DNA of 60,620 nt, counting the filler, from Squatina squatina (lineage: Eukaryota): assembly GCA_031763465.1 (NCBI GenBank). It is 3 parts of 3 records of this genome, joined end to end, with 100 filler letters (N's around TTAATTAATTAA, not from the genome) between each part and the next. Parts side by side here need not be neighbours in the genome. Positions count along the whole stretch, not along the records: positions 1 to 31,433 come from JARFOE010000057.1; positions 31,534 to 46,642 come from JARFOE010000046.1; 1 more part is not named here. One strand, given 5' to 3'. The notes below the pieces were generated by a model. That model was not told where the DNA came from and made no database searches. It worked only from the letters and a program-made list of their open reading frames with translations. How positions within the stretch are numbered: position 1 is the stretch's first letter; every line of letters begins with the position of its first letter. Made by a program: the position numbers and the translations under genes. Shown here piece after piece: positions 23,684-36,300 of the stretch.

Positions 23684-24997
23684 AGGTGTTTAAGGAAAAT
23701 GTCCTTAGATACAACAACTCGGCAATGAGTGATTCCTTGCCAGGAGGACAGAGAGAACATTGAAGGGAATGTGAAGTGGCAGTCCATCTTTGCTTTCTGT
23801 CGTTTTTGATGACAGCTAGTTACCACTCCCAGGATACTGGGGGACTTGAGACTCCTTGGCTTTGCCTGTACACTCTCACCATTACCACCAACAAGATTGT
23901 GGCAAAATGGCCTCCGTCCCAGCCAAACAAGGAGGGTAGCATAAGATGGGGGGGCTGCCAGACTAGAGTTTTCCTTCCCCATGGCCTGGGACTGAGAACA
24001 ATGGACCGGTCCACCAAGTGAGACCAAGTCACATTGGTGCTTGCCTGTAATATTAAAACTAAGCAATCTCCCCCTGACCCCACATAGTTTACCAGAGTCA
24101 AGTGTCAGATGTCACACACAGAAGCAGACAACACTCAGGCTGTGACGGTTCACTCTGGTCGTCAATAATAACTTTCCTGACCACCCCACCCAATCAGTGT
24201 GCCCACTCGGTGAGGGTAAGGGAGTGTGCTCACAATTCCTCATGCACCAGGCTTTAAATGCAGGGAAAAAAGAAAATGGAGGGCTTGCTGACCTGGGTCA
24301 TTCTCATAACCCTTCTAGTTGTCAGTTTAAGTGTAACTCTGGCAGAGCTGCGGAAACAGGTTAGCAGCCTGACCTCTAACGAGAGAAAGGAGGGAGTATA
24401 GGGAAGGAGACAGAAATAAAAAATGGAAAAAGTAAATGAATAAAATGATAGAATTCTAACAGCAGAGCCAAAGTACATCACTAGAAATAAGAATATCTAT
24501 GAGTTCCTTGTCCAAAGGCTCAGTATGTCACATTTTACCTGGAGTTCAGCTCTGTAACTGGGTTGATTGTTGTCCAGGGGCTTCCTGTCACTGGGTCCGG
24601 AGGCTCAGTGATATTGAACAAACATCCTGCTATGCTGAGGGGTAAAGGTCGTGTTTTATCAGGTAGTGGGCTATAGACTTGCCCACCGATTCCTACCCAC
24701 AGTGTCAGTATGAAACTGATAGCAAGACTAGATATTGCACCCTGGGAAAAAAACAGAGCACAATCATGAGGTCAATGAGCAATGTTGAACATCAGCAGTG
24801 CTGAACATCAGCAGAGTAAAACAATAACTGACCTCAGCTACCAGGCTCCATCCCGTTATTGTGTCAAAGCACCCAGCCAAGAGCCCTGGTCCTGGTTGCT
24901 GCTCTATGAAGCCAGGGTTTCTGATTGTAGGGGTTTACCTTATACCCTCAAAATTAATTCCAAATTCAGTCACAACTCAAAGCCCAAACTGCAAATT

Positions 24998-25993
24998 GGT
25001 GTCAGGGCGGTCCTAGTGCCTGACCTCAGTGGTAGTGGTGTCATTGCGGTCCGAATGCCTGACCCCAGTGGTAGTGGTGTCAGTGCTGTCCTAGTGACCG
25101 ACCTCAGTAGCAGTGGTGTCAGCGTGGGCCTAGTGCCACCCCTCGGTAATAGTGGTGTCAGTGCAGTCCTTGTGCCCGACCCCAGTAGGAGTGGTGTCAG
25201 CACGGTCCTAGTGCCTGACCTCAGTCGTAGTAGTGTCAACGTGGTCCTAGTGCCCGACCCTGGTAGTAGTGGTGTTAGTGCGTTCCTAGTGCCTGACCTC
25301 GGTAGTAGTAGTGTCAGGGTGGTCCTAGTGCCTGACCTCGGTAGTTATGGTGTCAGCGCGGTCCTAGTGCCCGACCCTGGTAGTTTTGATGTCAGCGCGG
25401 TCCTAGTGCCTGACCTCGGTAGTTGTGGTGTCAGTGCGGTCCAAGTGCCTGACCTCGGTAGTTGTGGTGTCAGTGCAGACCAAGTGCCTGACCTTGAAAG
25501 TAGTGGTGTCAGTGCGGTGCTAGTGTCTGACATTGTTAGTTGTGGTGTCAGTGCAGTCCCAGTGCCCGACCATGGTAGTTGTGATGTCAGCGCGGTCCTT
25601 GTGCCTGACCTCGGTCGTAGTAGTGTCAACGCGGTCCTAGTGCCCGACCATGGTAGTTGTGATGTCAGCGCGGTCCGAGTGCCTGACCTCGGTCGTAGTA
25701 GTGTCAACGCGGTCCTAGTGCCCGACCCTGGTAGTTCTGATGTCAGCGCGGTCCTAGTGCCTGACCTTGGTAGTTGTGGTGTCAGTGCGGTCCAAGTGCC
25801 TGACCTCGGTAGTTGTGGTGTCAGTGCAGTCCTAGTGCCTGACCTTGGTTGTAGTGGTGTCAGTGCGGTCCTAGTGTCTGACATCGTTAGTTGTGGTGTC
25901 AGTGCAGTCCCAGTGCCCGACCATGGTAGTTGTGATGGCAGCGCTGTCCTTGTGCCTGACCTCGGTCGTAGTAGTGTCAACGCGGTCCTAGTG
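24998..25993. repeat. 39-bp minisatellite, about 25.5 copies, with higher-order structure
   Basis: Unit ggtgtcagcgcggtcctagtgcctgacctcggtagttgt. Runs into a gap. Confidence 0.95.
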
Positions 25994-26334
25994 NNNNNNN
26001 NNNNNNNNNNNNNNNNNNNNNNNNNNNNNNNNNNNNNNNNNNNNNNNNNNNNNNNNNNNNNNNNNNNNNNNNNNNNNNNNNNNNNNNNNNNNNACACAGC
26101 TTTGATCTGAATGATCTGAGCAATGACCACATAATCTGTTTCTAGTGATCTTGTTTTAAGATAAACGTTGGCCATAACTGACATAATGTTGGCAGGAGAT
26201 CATTGGAACCACAGAGAAATTGCCTTAAATATCCGTATGTCACCAGATATGCTGTTTCTCCAAAGGTTCCACCAGTCTCCCGCCAGAGAAGATCGGTGGA
26301 AATTACAAGCAATGCATTTTTAATTACATCAATT

Positions 26335-26470
26335 TTCCCTCGACTCGTCCCCTATTCCCCCTCCCCTCGGTTTCCCTCTCCCCAGTCCCCCTCCCCTCGG
26401 TTTCCCTCTCCCCTATTCTCCCTCCCCTCGATTGCCCTCTCCCTCATTTCCTCTCCCTTCAGTTTCTCTC
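26335..26470. repeat. Pyrimidine-rich about 30-bp tandem/low-complexity repeat
   Basis: cccctcccctcggtttccctctcccc repeated 3-4 times. Confidence 0.75.
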
Positions 26471-26793
26471 AGTTGCTCGTCAGAATGTAATGAGCTTTAT
26501 GCTGCATCTAACCCCGACAATACTGCATCAGCCAGTGCTCACTGCAGATACATCGTGGCTCCCAGCATTGACATCTCAGCACCTCGATAAGCCTAAACCT
26601 TACCCAGAAGAACCTCCTGCTTCTATCTCCAATCCAACTAGTGGGCACGGAATAGATTTTTGTCCATAACAGCATGAAGTCTGATTGAAAGGTGCAGTTA
26701 CTGTTTATGGATAGACTGAGAGTGGAGAACGGATAAGAGCTGTGAGTCACGGAGGTGGTAATGATCCAGGAGTGAATTCCTTCATTCCCTCAC

Positions 26794-26953
26794 CCAGCAG
26801 ATGTGTCCAGATGTTCCCGGTCTCTGTGTGGATCCTAAAGATACTCTTGAAGCAGGCTCGGAAGGAGGGCATAGGCGGCCTGTGGCCATACAGCAGATAG
26901 TCATTGTCCTTCAGCCAATCCGGGAGCACGTCATAAGGGATCACTCGCCAACG
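26794..26953 (-). CDS. ADIPOR1: Adiponectin receptor 1 exon, 5' end in a gap
   Basis: RWRVIPYDVLPDWLKDNDYLLYGHRPPMPSFRACFKSIFRIHTETGNIWTHLLG, then a gtgag donor. PYDV and NDY are ADIPOR1-type. Confidence 0.9.
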
Positions 26954-27190
26954 NNNNNNNNNNNNNNNNNNNNNNNNNNNNNNNNNNNNNNNNNNNNNNN
27001 NNNNNNNNNNNNNNNNNNNNNNNNNNNNNNNNNNNNNNNNNNNNNNNNNNNNNCGGAGCAGGCTCAAAGGGCCGAATGGCGTGCTCCTGCTCCTATTTTC
27101 TATGTTTCAATCTATTCTATGCTTTTTAAAAAAATTTGTGCTGTGCAGATATAGATCCAGTTATTCAACCAAAAACAGATTTATTAATCG

Positions 27191-27676
27191 TCATACACGA
27201 TTAGGAACGCGAGATTTCCCACAGAATTTGCCATGATATTTTAAATCAAACGGACTCAACACTTTGCGGATTCCCATCATGTTCATGGTTGCAATTCTTT
27301 CAAAGGTCCACGGATTCTGGTTGTTCTCGGCCTTCTGCTCATCTTCCTTCATCAGCTCCTCCAGGGATTTCTTGCTGACGACCTTTGCAGGAAATGGCAG
27401 CTTCTTGGCAACTTCCGACAGAAAGGGCTCCACCTCCTCAAACTCACACTTCCCTCCAAACTCCAATATAATGCGGCCATACTTGACAGGAGTGACGTAG
27501 TGGGCAATAGCCCCTTTCCCACCGCCCATTCTCTGACCCAGTCCTTTACGCGTGATGGGTTTATACGGAGCATTTACACGCCAGCGAGCAAACATAGTTT
27601 TGGCATCCATGCGTCGATTAATGGTGAGGCGCATCATCTCAAAGTGACCCCAGTGAAGGTAGCCACCTCCAAGTGC
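27191..27676 (-). CDS. MRPL16: Mitochondrial ribosomal protein L16, terminal exon
   Basis: [21 protein letters not shown]...[19 protein letters not shown]...[10 protein letters not shown]. Pyrimidine tract plus AG. 486 nt to the stop. Confidence 0.95.
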   Translation of the reverse strand, partial: ALGGGYLHWGHFEMMRLTINRRMDAKTMFARWRVNAPYKPITRKGLGQRMGGGKGAIAHYVTPVKYGRIILEFGGKCEFEEVEPFLSEVAKKLPFPAKVVSKKSLEELMKEDEQKAENNQNPWTFERIATMNMMGIRKVLSPFDLKYHGKFCGKSRVPNRV

Positions 27677-28816
27677 CTGCAGAGTGAGTGAGGGAGGGAG
27701 AGAGGAAAAGAACGAGGGAGGGGCGAGGAGAGAGAAGGCAAAGTAATTATTCGTGGTGACAATGATAGGAACATTGGCATTACAATTGATTACTGACAGA
27801 ACATTTTGCTTTGACTGGGCAGTCCCACATTGTCTGTATTAACTGTGTTATACAAAGATTCAGGTGACACGCATCAGTTTCTGCTTCAAACAACATTTCT
27901 CTGCCCAAGAGCAAACATCCAGCAGATGCAACTGGCTTTCACTCTGGGAAAGCCATCACTTGATGCAAGAACTGAATAAAGTTTAAGATTTTAATAGTGA
28001 AGTGCCCATGTTACACGCACGTTATAAACCAACATACACCTGCTGGATACAACACAGTGCAACCTCCAAATCTGTTTCCGGCTGAATCCCCCTTTCAGAT
28101 ACCGGTTTCTCAGCCCCATGGTTTTTACAGTAAGCTACAGTATTGGCTTACTACAGTTTGCTAGATATTATTTATTTTGTGTTTAGATATTTGCTGTATC
28201 ATTTCAGATATTTGATAACTAAAGATGGATTGTCTGGGGTGAAAGAATATTCCATTTTAATCCATTGCACTCAAAGAGTTTTCTCCTACCTTCCATCCCA
28301 GATCCTGTGTGCATCCTCCGTATTACCCAAAATGTACAGTCTGTGCTCCACTGTCTGCACTCAACTGCTAGAACCAGTATCAGCACCTCATTGCTTGCCA
28401 CTGTTAAAGATTTTGGTCTCGTGCAATGTTGCAGCTTATTTTGAAGGGAACAGCAGTGCACAAAGGGGCCCTTCTGTTCATAGTACTCCCCCCTTCTTCA
28501 TCTATATATAAGAAAACACTCTTCCCAGATACTTCAACATGTTTTATCATCACCTTGGAGACAGCCTTGCTCCCTCCCAGACTACTCGAGTGACATCAGT
28601 TCCAGGGAGTGTCCAGGAGTGACTCCCGACAAACTTGGGGCGAGAATCGGAAGGAAAGACAACTTCAGAGCTGCTGTGGGCTGCTCAGGGGTTGAGTGAC
28701 CGTGGGGACGCACATANNNNNNNNNNNNNNNNNNNNNNNNNNNNNNNNNNNNNNNNNNNNNNNNNNNNNNNNNNNNNNNNNNNNNNNNNNNNNNNNNNNN
28801 NNNNNNNNNNNNNNNN

Positions 28817-29250
28817 CCGAGGTTAGGCTGGCTGGCCTGTAATTACTCAGTCTATCCCTTTTTAAACAATGGTACAATGTTAGCTGCTCCCCAGTCCTCT
28901 GCCACCACACCTGTATCCGGAGAAGACTGGAAAATGATGGTTCAGAGCCTCCGCTATTTCTTCTCTTGCGTCTCTTAACAGCCAGGGATACACTTCATCC
29001 GGGCCTGGGGATTTATCCTACTTCAAAGGTGTTAAACCCCTTTATATTTCATCTCTCTCTATGTTAATTTCATCTAGTATTTCACACTCCTCCTCCCTAA
29101 TTGCAATGTCTGTACCGTCCCTTTCTTTCGTGAAAACAGACGTAAAGTATTCATTCAGAGCCATACCCATGGCTTCCGTCTCCACTCACAGGTTACCCTT
29201 GTGGTACCTAATAGGCCCTACTCTTTCTTTAGTTATCCTCTTGCTCTTTA
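28817..29250 (-). mobile_element. CR1 LINE ORF2 fragment
   Basis: NYRPASLTS and SPGPDEVYP-type motifs. Similar to 29620-30450. Confidence 0.85.
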
Positions 29251-29619
29251 AAGAACCTAATTCTATGCTTACATCTCCTAGTCCTCTCTAACCTATCCAA
29301 CTCAAATAGCCTATCTACAATGTAATCCTTTCATCATTTTAAAGAGTTCAATCAAATCTCCTTGAAGTCTACGCTTCCATAGTTCTACTCTCCCACCACC
29401 CCCACTGCCCCCACCCCACCCGCCGTCCCCACACAACCAGTTCTCTAAGCCTATAGTGTTAACGAGGTATTAATCTANNNNNNNNNNNNNNNNNNNNNNN
29501 NNNNNNNNNNNNNNNNNNNNNNNNNNNNNNNNNNNNNNNNNNNNNNNNNNNNNNNNNNNNNNNNNNNNNNNNNNNNNAATCTGTGCCTTTCTAAATAATA
29601 ATTAACACTGTCCCTCAGA

Positions 29620-30450
29620 ATTTTTTACAATAATTTTCCCACCACTGAGGTTAGGTTGACTTGTCTGTAAGGTATTTCTCTTTCTCCATTTTTAAACAAT
29701 GGTACAATGCCAGTCCTCTGGCACCATACCAGTAGCCAGAGAAGATTGGCAAATGATGGTCAGAGCCTCTGCTATTTCCTCCCTTGCTTCTCTTAACAGC
29801 CTGGGATATGTTTCATCCGGGCCTGGTGATTTACTTTCAAAGATGGTAAACCCCTTAATATATCCACTTTTTACTATGTATATCTCATCTAATATTTCAC
29901 AACCTTCCTCTTTAACTGCATTGTCCCTTTCTTTTAGGAAGACAGATGCAAAATATTCACTAAGACCCATACCCATGCCTTCAGTCTCCACACACAGGTT
30001 AACTTTTTGACCTCTAATAGGCCCTACTCTTTCTCTAGTTATCCTCTTGCTCTTATTGTATTTATAAAACATCTTTGGGTTTTCCTTGATTTTACTTGAC
30101 AATATTTTTTCATGCCCTCTCTGTGGTTTCCTAATTTCCTTTTTAATTTCAACCCGGCNNNNNNNNNNNNNNNNNNNNNNNNNNNNNNNNNNNNNNNNNN
30201 NNNNNNNNNNNNNNNNNNNNNNNNNNNNNNNNNNNNNNNNNNNNNNNNTCCAGGGAGCTCTGGATTTGTTAGTCCCACCCTTTTTCGTTAAGGGAACATA
30301 CTTGCTCTGAACCCTCACTATCTCCTCCTGGAACGTCTCCCACTGCTCGGACGTTGATTTATTCAAGTAGCTGATTCCAGTCCACTTTGACTAAATCACA
30401 TCTTAGCTTAGTAAAATTAGCTTTTCCCCAATTGAGAACTTTTATTCCTG
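29620..30450 (-). mobile_element. CR1 LINE ORF2 fragment spanning a gap
   Basis: KIKENPKMFYKY..SKR; KSPGPDETYPRLLREAREEIAEAL; GMVPEDW. Confidence 0.9.
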
Positions 30451-30849
30451 ATGTAACCCCTCAAAAAATAGATCCTGCAAATGACCAGTATAATTGTCTT
30501 ATGAATGGTCCAGGCAACACCTTGAGCACGGTGTCCATTTCTGGTCACCAAGACACAAAAGGAGATATTCAAACACTGGAAGTGGTACAGAGAAGAGCCA
30601 CGAGGCCTGTGAGAAACCATTCAATCGCTGCATTGCCAGTATCACTTGACATTACAATTTGTAGACTGGTTTGGACAGTTGGGTGGCCAGGAAACAAGGG
30701 AGATACTCAACTGATGGAGGTAGTGCAGAGAAGCGTCATGAGGTTTGGTNNNNNNNNNNNNNNNNNNNNNNNNNNNNNNNNNNNNNNNNNNNNNNNNNNN
30801 NNNNNNNNNNNNNNNNNNNNNNNNNNNNNNNNNNNNNNNNNNNNNNNNN

Positions 30850-30909
30850 AGACCTGACCAAGACCAGGCTGCAGAACCAAAGGCATGGGCAGCGCACCTA
30901 CACCAGCAT
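30850..30909 (+). CDS. Mitochondrial glutamate carrier-family exon (SLC25A22/SLC25A18/slc25a55-like), partial
   Basis: DLTKTRLQNQRHGQRTYTSM, the tail of the carrier signature PxDxxKTRLQ. gtgagt donor. Confidence 0.85.
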
Positions 30910-31382
30910 GTGAGTTGCATTTGTACTGAACTGGCATCTTGAAGCGAGAGCATGAAAGCATTATCACACTATTTCCAATATATACATTTGCCATTTGTAG
31001 CTTTCAAACTTCCTGGCTTGCATTATTCCCAACTGTGACTTTAGAATGTGCTTTAATTAAGGGCTTTTAGCTGATTTGAAGCTAAAATGCCTAATTCTTC
31101 TAACTGAGTATTTTCCGTGATTATTTTGTTACCTTGAGCACTGACCAGCTCTTGGGCTTTTCACTGAAAGTTTGCAATAGTCAAACTAACCTGTATATAA
31201 AGCAGCTGATTCCTGAAAGCAAAAATAACAGCTGATAATTGAGCCTTACTGCAATTTAGAAGACTGATAAAGCCTTGAGGGTGGGTGCTGATTACATATG
31301 CTGTATCTTTAATTTCTTCAGTGGTTGTGTTAATCTGTGTTCTCCTGCTCCTCCTGTTAATTACCTTTTCTTGTGTGTCTAG

Positions 31383-31433
31383 GATGGACTGCCTGGTTAA
31401 GACAGTGCGATCTGAAGGATATTTTGGAATGTA
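31383..31433 (+). CDS. Mitochondrial glutamate carrier-family exon, partial
   Basis: MDCLVKTVRSEGYFGMY. AG acceptor, phase-compatible with the previous exon. Confidence 0.85.
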
Positions 31434-31477
31434 NNNNNNNNNNNNNNNNNNNNNNNNNNNNNNNNNNNNNNNNNNNN

Positions 31478-31489
31478 TTAATTAATTAA
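31478..31489. other. Artificial scaffold linker TTAATTAATTAA
   Basis: 12-mer with stop codons in all six frames, centred in N44-linker-N44. Confidence 0.92.
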
Positions 31490-33059
31490 NNNNNNNNNNN
31501 NNNNNNNNNNNNNNNNNNNNNNNNNNNNNNNNNTCCAAGCACCTACTTGCACTCTTGGAAACTAGACCAAAGGTGAAAAGGTACATTAAAATGTGCGCAT
31601 TGTTCAGGTTTTAAACAAATCAAAAATGTAGCAGCTGACTGTGGAATATGCAAACTTTCCAGGTTGAATCACTGCTTAATTGCAATTGTAACTTTTGTCA
31701 TCACGTTATTCTTGATTCTGTTGCTGTCCATCGTGTATTTTTGCATTGTCAGGCAAAAATATACACTGTAAGGGTTTTCTGGGAAGCTATGAAGCTCAAC
31801 TAAAGTCTCCTGATATTTAACCAACTCAGTTCTTGAAAGCAACTCATAACTCTCCAAATATAAAAGAACAGCACAATCAGTAAAAGGCATCATCCATAAA
31901 TCATTAAATCAAAGCCTATTAATGACACAAGAATGTGAAAAACAGCACAATGGCTGACCTCACCAGGAAAATTTTGTACATATTAAAACAAAGTGCACAT
32001 GTTGCATATTAATGTAATAATTACAAATCTTGGGAGCCACTTCATTGTGAAATCTGCTGCACAATGTGGATTTGAAACACATCCTGTATCCTCTATTAAT
32101 AGAACATGGGATTGATCATTTCTTTCCCACTGAATAAGGAACTGTAGCAACCCTAATGTAGACCGACTCAATATCAGACTGGCAAACAAAAACTATCAAA
32201 TTCTGAACCCCCTGCATTAGATCTTGGCTAATAAACTCTGTACCAAAAGTTATTGCATTTTTAATGACCTCTTCAGTCACTCGCACTTTTCATCCTTTCT
32301 TTGGATGATCATATTTTGAAGATGGATGCAAGAAATATTTGATTCCGAAGCTGAAATGTTTAAACTAAAAGCCGTGCACATTGACTGGTAGCTGTGAATG
32401 CATAAACACGTGAATGCTGACATTTTCAGAAACACAGCAACATTTTGCTCGTCATAGTGACATCTTTTTTTTAGTTCACAGGCTACTGAAACTCGTGCTA
32501 CAACTCATTACTATTGATAACCATTAATATCTATTTCCCTTTCCGATCACTTATCCAAGACACAAGAGCACTGAAGACAGAAAAGACTTTTTTAAAAATG
32601 AAACATCTACTAAACTGTAAGCTCTCAAGAAGCAGGATGTCTAAGAAGGCTTAACAAATCAAAGTAATTTACCATATCTATTTATAATTCCAAGTGGAAG
32701 CAATGTTCTCTGCTACCTTAACACAATTCCTATTTACCATCCATGGTATTCTAAAGTGTTTTAGGTGTTATAATCACTCTCCAGCAACATTTTTTGTCCT
32801 TTCCAACTTAAATCACTTATCACAACATCCAAGCAACAGCACACCATGAGGTACTAGCTGAATATATAAGCTAGGAGCAGGAAGGAAGGGAGAATATTCC
32901 AAGGAATTCTTAAATCTAAAATGTGTTCACTTGATCCTTTCTTTGATTGTTAGAAAGACAAAATATAATAAACCAAAAGGAAACTAAACAGTGAAAAATG
33001 GAGAGGCAAGGAAAGAGACAATAAAACATGAAAGAGGAAGGATGAGAGATTATATCACA

Positions 33060-33330
33060 ACGTGGCTAAATGGGCAAGTGCTGAACCACACAACAGAAGG
33101 TCCCAGATCTGGCTCGAGTTAGTTCTCAGCGAGAGCGGCAGTAAGGAGTCTACCATTGGATTCAGTACCTCTGGGATAGGAATGAAAAACGAAACAATCA
33201 GGATTGCTGCTCCCAAAGACTATCCAGGAACACCTATTGGATGTTCATGTGTTCCAGCATCAATACATGTACAGTATGGGTTTGACAATGATGTCCACCA
33301 CAGCCTATCAACGCTCATCGTCTAGCCTTA
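33060..33330 (+). mobile_element. Decayed SINE-like repeat (second family)
   Basis: Similar to 39112-39300 (gagttagtt..ctcagc...attgg..tcag...aatcag...gctcc). Confidence 0.45.
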
Positions 33331-34832
33331 CAAAGGAAAAATGGAAACTGCAACAAGGTACCAGAAAGCCATTAGCACCTATTAAACCAAATCCCANNNN
33401 NNNNNNGGAAGGAATCAACACCTTCAAGAGAAAGAGGGTCAAGGATAAACCTAGGGGAATGGGGAGGGGGGAAATCAGAATCAGTCAGTCATCTTGGCTC
33501 AGTACTTTGGTGCACCAATTTGCTATATTACAGAATGGTAGGGCATGGATTTGCACTCATTTCCACTTACTTTGTATACTTTTACCACTGAATTCTGCTA
33601 TTTGCTTGTCCTCTAATTCAGAAGCCCAGGACAATGCATAGAGGCAAGGCAACAGTAGTTCACAAACCACAAGCCCTTAAATTCACCCAGAAGTGAAAAC
33701 CTGAACTACCTCAGGGTGTTTGATATCAGGAAGGCCATTTAAAAAAAAATACACTGCTGCTCCTATAGGATAATCAAAGGAAACTGCATCTTTAAATCTG
33801 AAACACTTTAAAAAATATCACTATTACCTATAGTAATGGCTGGTGTGAGGAAGAGTATCCAATCTATGTTGTATTACAGAACTGTAAGTGTACTTCTGAA
33901 TGGTTAAATGTAGCTTCACTTCCAGGCAGTTACACAGCTGTACCGTGCATCCAGTAATAACCCAATGTGAGTTTTAAGATATCTATACAAGAATCCTGTG
34001 GGTAAAGGGGCTCAGTCACAATGTGGAGGGAGTGGGGTGGGTCAATTCTAACCCTAATTTACCAAAAGAATAAATCTCCAAATCAAAATACCCAAATCAG
34101 AGGATTTTTATCAATAGTGCAAAATTGTTAATTATGGGATTTTTTTTTTTTAAAAAGGTTAAAATTGTATAATTACTTTTGTTTTAAATCTCGATCTTCT
34201 GTGCAGAAATTATTGGCATTGTTCAACACATGTAGTTTCTGAAAATGCAATTTAAAACAGGAGAAAAAGCTTCCGGGTAGAGCCAGATCCGAGCTGGAAG
34301 AAATCACTGAATGCCACGTGTTAATAAATTAAAGCCCCACCAGTGCACAAGAAAGAAAACTGGGTACAATCAACCACAAGAATCAATTCACCGAACTGGA
34401 CAGACGAGTTACTTCAGAAACACACTGAAATGGCACTCGCCTGGGCATTTTATTATTTTAACACTGGTTATAAAAAAACACACGTGTACATTTGCTTAAG
34501 GAGACTTGCTGGAGATCTGGCAAGGGCAATATTTCCTGTTGTAAGGCCATAAATTGAAGATTAAAGACAATCCTGAAAAGGTGCATTCCTCAGTTGGGAA
34601 GCAGCAGCCCAAACTGGGCTAGAATTGCAAACACAGCTAATACTAGCTCCTGGATTTGCCTCGGTGGCCTTTGCACTGTGTGCTACAAATGTAACCTTTT
34701 TTTTTGCAGGAGATACAAGGTGTCCCGAATTCTGGAATTGTGCAGCATTTCCTTAAAAACGCTCGGCATCCTCGCCTGCACAAGAAATGAATATTGATGC
34801 ACCAAACCCCGCCGCCTTCAGTACACACTCAC

Positions 34833-34852
34833 CTCCTGACGTCGAAAGCCAT
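34833..34852 (-). CDS. ERGIC1: ERGIC1 first coding exon (MAFDVRR)
   Basis: ccgccgggATGGCTTTCGACGTCAGGAG|gtgagt. Matches the ERGIC1 N-terminus MxFDxRR. CpG-rich context, divergent from DUSP1 as in other vertebrates. Confidence 0.8.
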
Positions 34853-35329
34853 CCCGGCGGTTTAAACAGCAGCCAATTCAATCAACACAATTCAGTGAAA
34901 TTATCATAGGTGAAGTCAGCAACTTTCTCCACCAAAGCCCCGCCGGCTGCCACCCGGATGCACCGTCAGTACTGGACGCCTTGCACTTCGCTATTGGCTG
35001 CACAGAAAGCGCTCGCCAGTCGTTTTCCGGTCTGATCAAGGCAGAGAAGTTGGTGCCTTTGTTGTGAGGTTGTCTTCCTTCTCTCTCTCTGAAACCCAAT
35101 GGATTCATATACTGCATACACAAAAAAATGTAGTTCTAGTGGTGAGTTAGCTCAATTTGTATTTTAAGTCTTGCACTAAGCACCTCAATGTTTATGTAAA
35201 ATTTAGCAATGAATACCTCAAAAGTCGTGCATTGAGTAGTTGCTGCTTCAATAAAAGTTCACTGTTTCACTTTCAATATTGCCTGTGCTTTTGTGTGCCT
35301 TCCTGGGGGAGTGGGAGGGAAGAGAAGAG

Positions 35330-36300
35330 GCATCTCGACACTGGCATTAATATCCAATTGCATGAGTCACCAGCTGCTCTTTAACCTCCCTGCCCGCTGC
35401 AGCTGCGGCTTCCTCGGGTGGTCCATGAAGCATGGCCTCAGCAACATCCATGTTGGGATGCTCCATGTTGTCCATTTCCATCAGAATCTCATCTGCTGGA
35501 TCGAGGGTCAGTCCTTCCCGCAGGGCAAAGTTGTGTAATGTGCAAAAGATCACCACTTGACAGGTGAGCACTGCAAAGTCCCCACTGACCTGTCCAGACT
35601 TCAGAAGCATGATTTCAGCGCCCCAATTGTCCTCTCCACCACTTGGCACATGCACACACATGCACAGTTCTACCGTTCCTGTTCACTTTTGGTCCTGCGG
35701 TAGGGCGTCATCAGCCATGGTTTCAGCGGGTAGGTAGTCTTTCTCACCTAATATCAGGTGATCTGCATTGACATTCAGGATCCACAGTTGGGTATCACAA
35801 AGGAATATTATATGTAATGAATGAAACCCCTTCTTGTTGATGTATGTGTGTATGTGGCAAGTGTATCATTTGGTGCCTTCAATAGGGTATGGGTTCCATC
35901 GACAGCCCCAATCACTTTCGGGAAGCCAGCGCTCCTATGGAAGATGGTAAACCTCGCCCTTTGAGCTGGGGACACGTCAAAGCTGATGAACTCAGAAACC
36001 CTATGACATCCATGACCTGGTGAATGTAGGCCTCCGCAGTACTTTGGGTGATGTTGCACATGTCACCGGTGCCTGACTGAAATGACTCACAGGCATAAAA
36101 TCTGAATGCTGTGGCTACCTTCATGGCCACTGAAAAGACAGTGGGGGACTTTGAACATGGCTGAAGGTCCTCCTTTAACATATCACAGAGGCAGCCGATT
36201 AACTCTTAACTGAAACGTGATCTCCTCACTTCAGCTACTCCGACATCATCTCGAAAGCCAGCCTCTCCCCGTACACTCTCTTGGTGGGTAAAAGTTCCTC
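35330..36300 (-). mobile_element. PIF/Harbinger (HARBI1-like) DDE transposase pseudogene
   Basis: FRFYACESFQSGTGDMCNITQST; GFPKVIGAVDGTH; YPLKPWLMTP; VVIFCTLHNFALREG. Frameshifted. Confidence 0.88.

Noticed and set aside
22839-23728. Repetitive ORFs on both strands over the 41-bp array
   Set aside because: The unit length is not a multiple of 3, and the frames are interrupted by stops.
24769-24781. AGGTCAaTGAGCA, an IR1/FXR-response-like element
   Set aside because: The second half-site has two mismatches. Such matches are expected by chance and there is no supporting context.
22965-25993. Minisatellites as CRISPR arrays
   Set aside because: Units are head-to-tail with no unique spacers, there are no cas genes, and the context is vertebrate.
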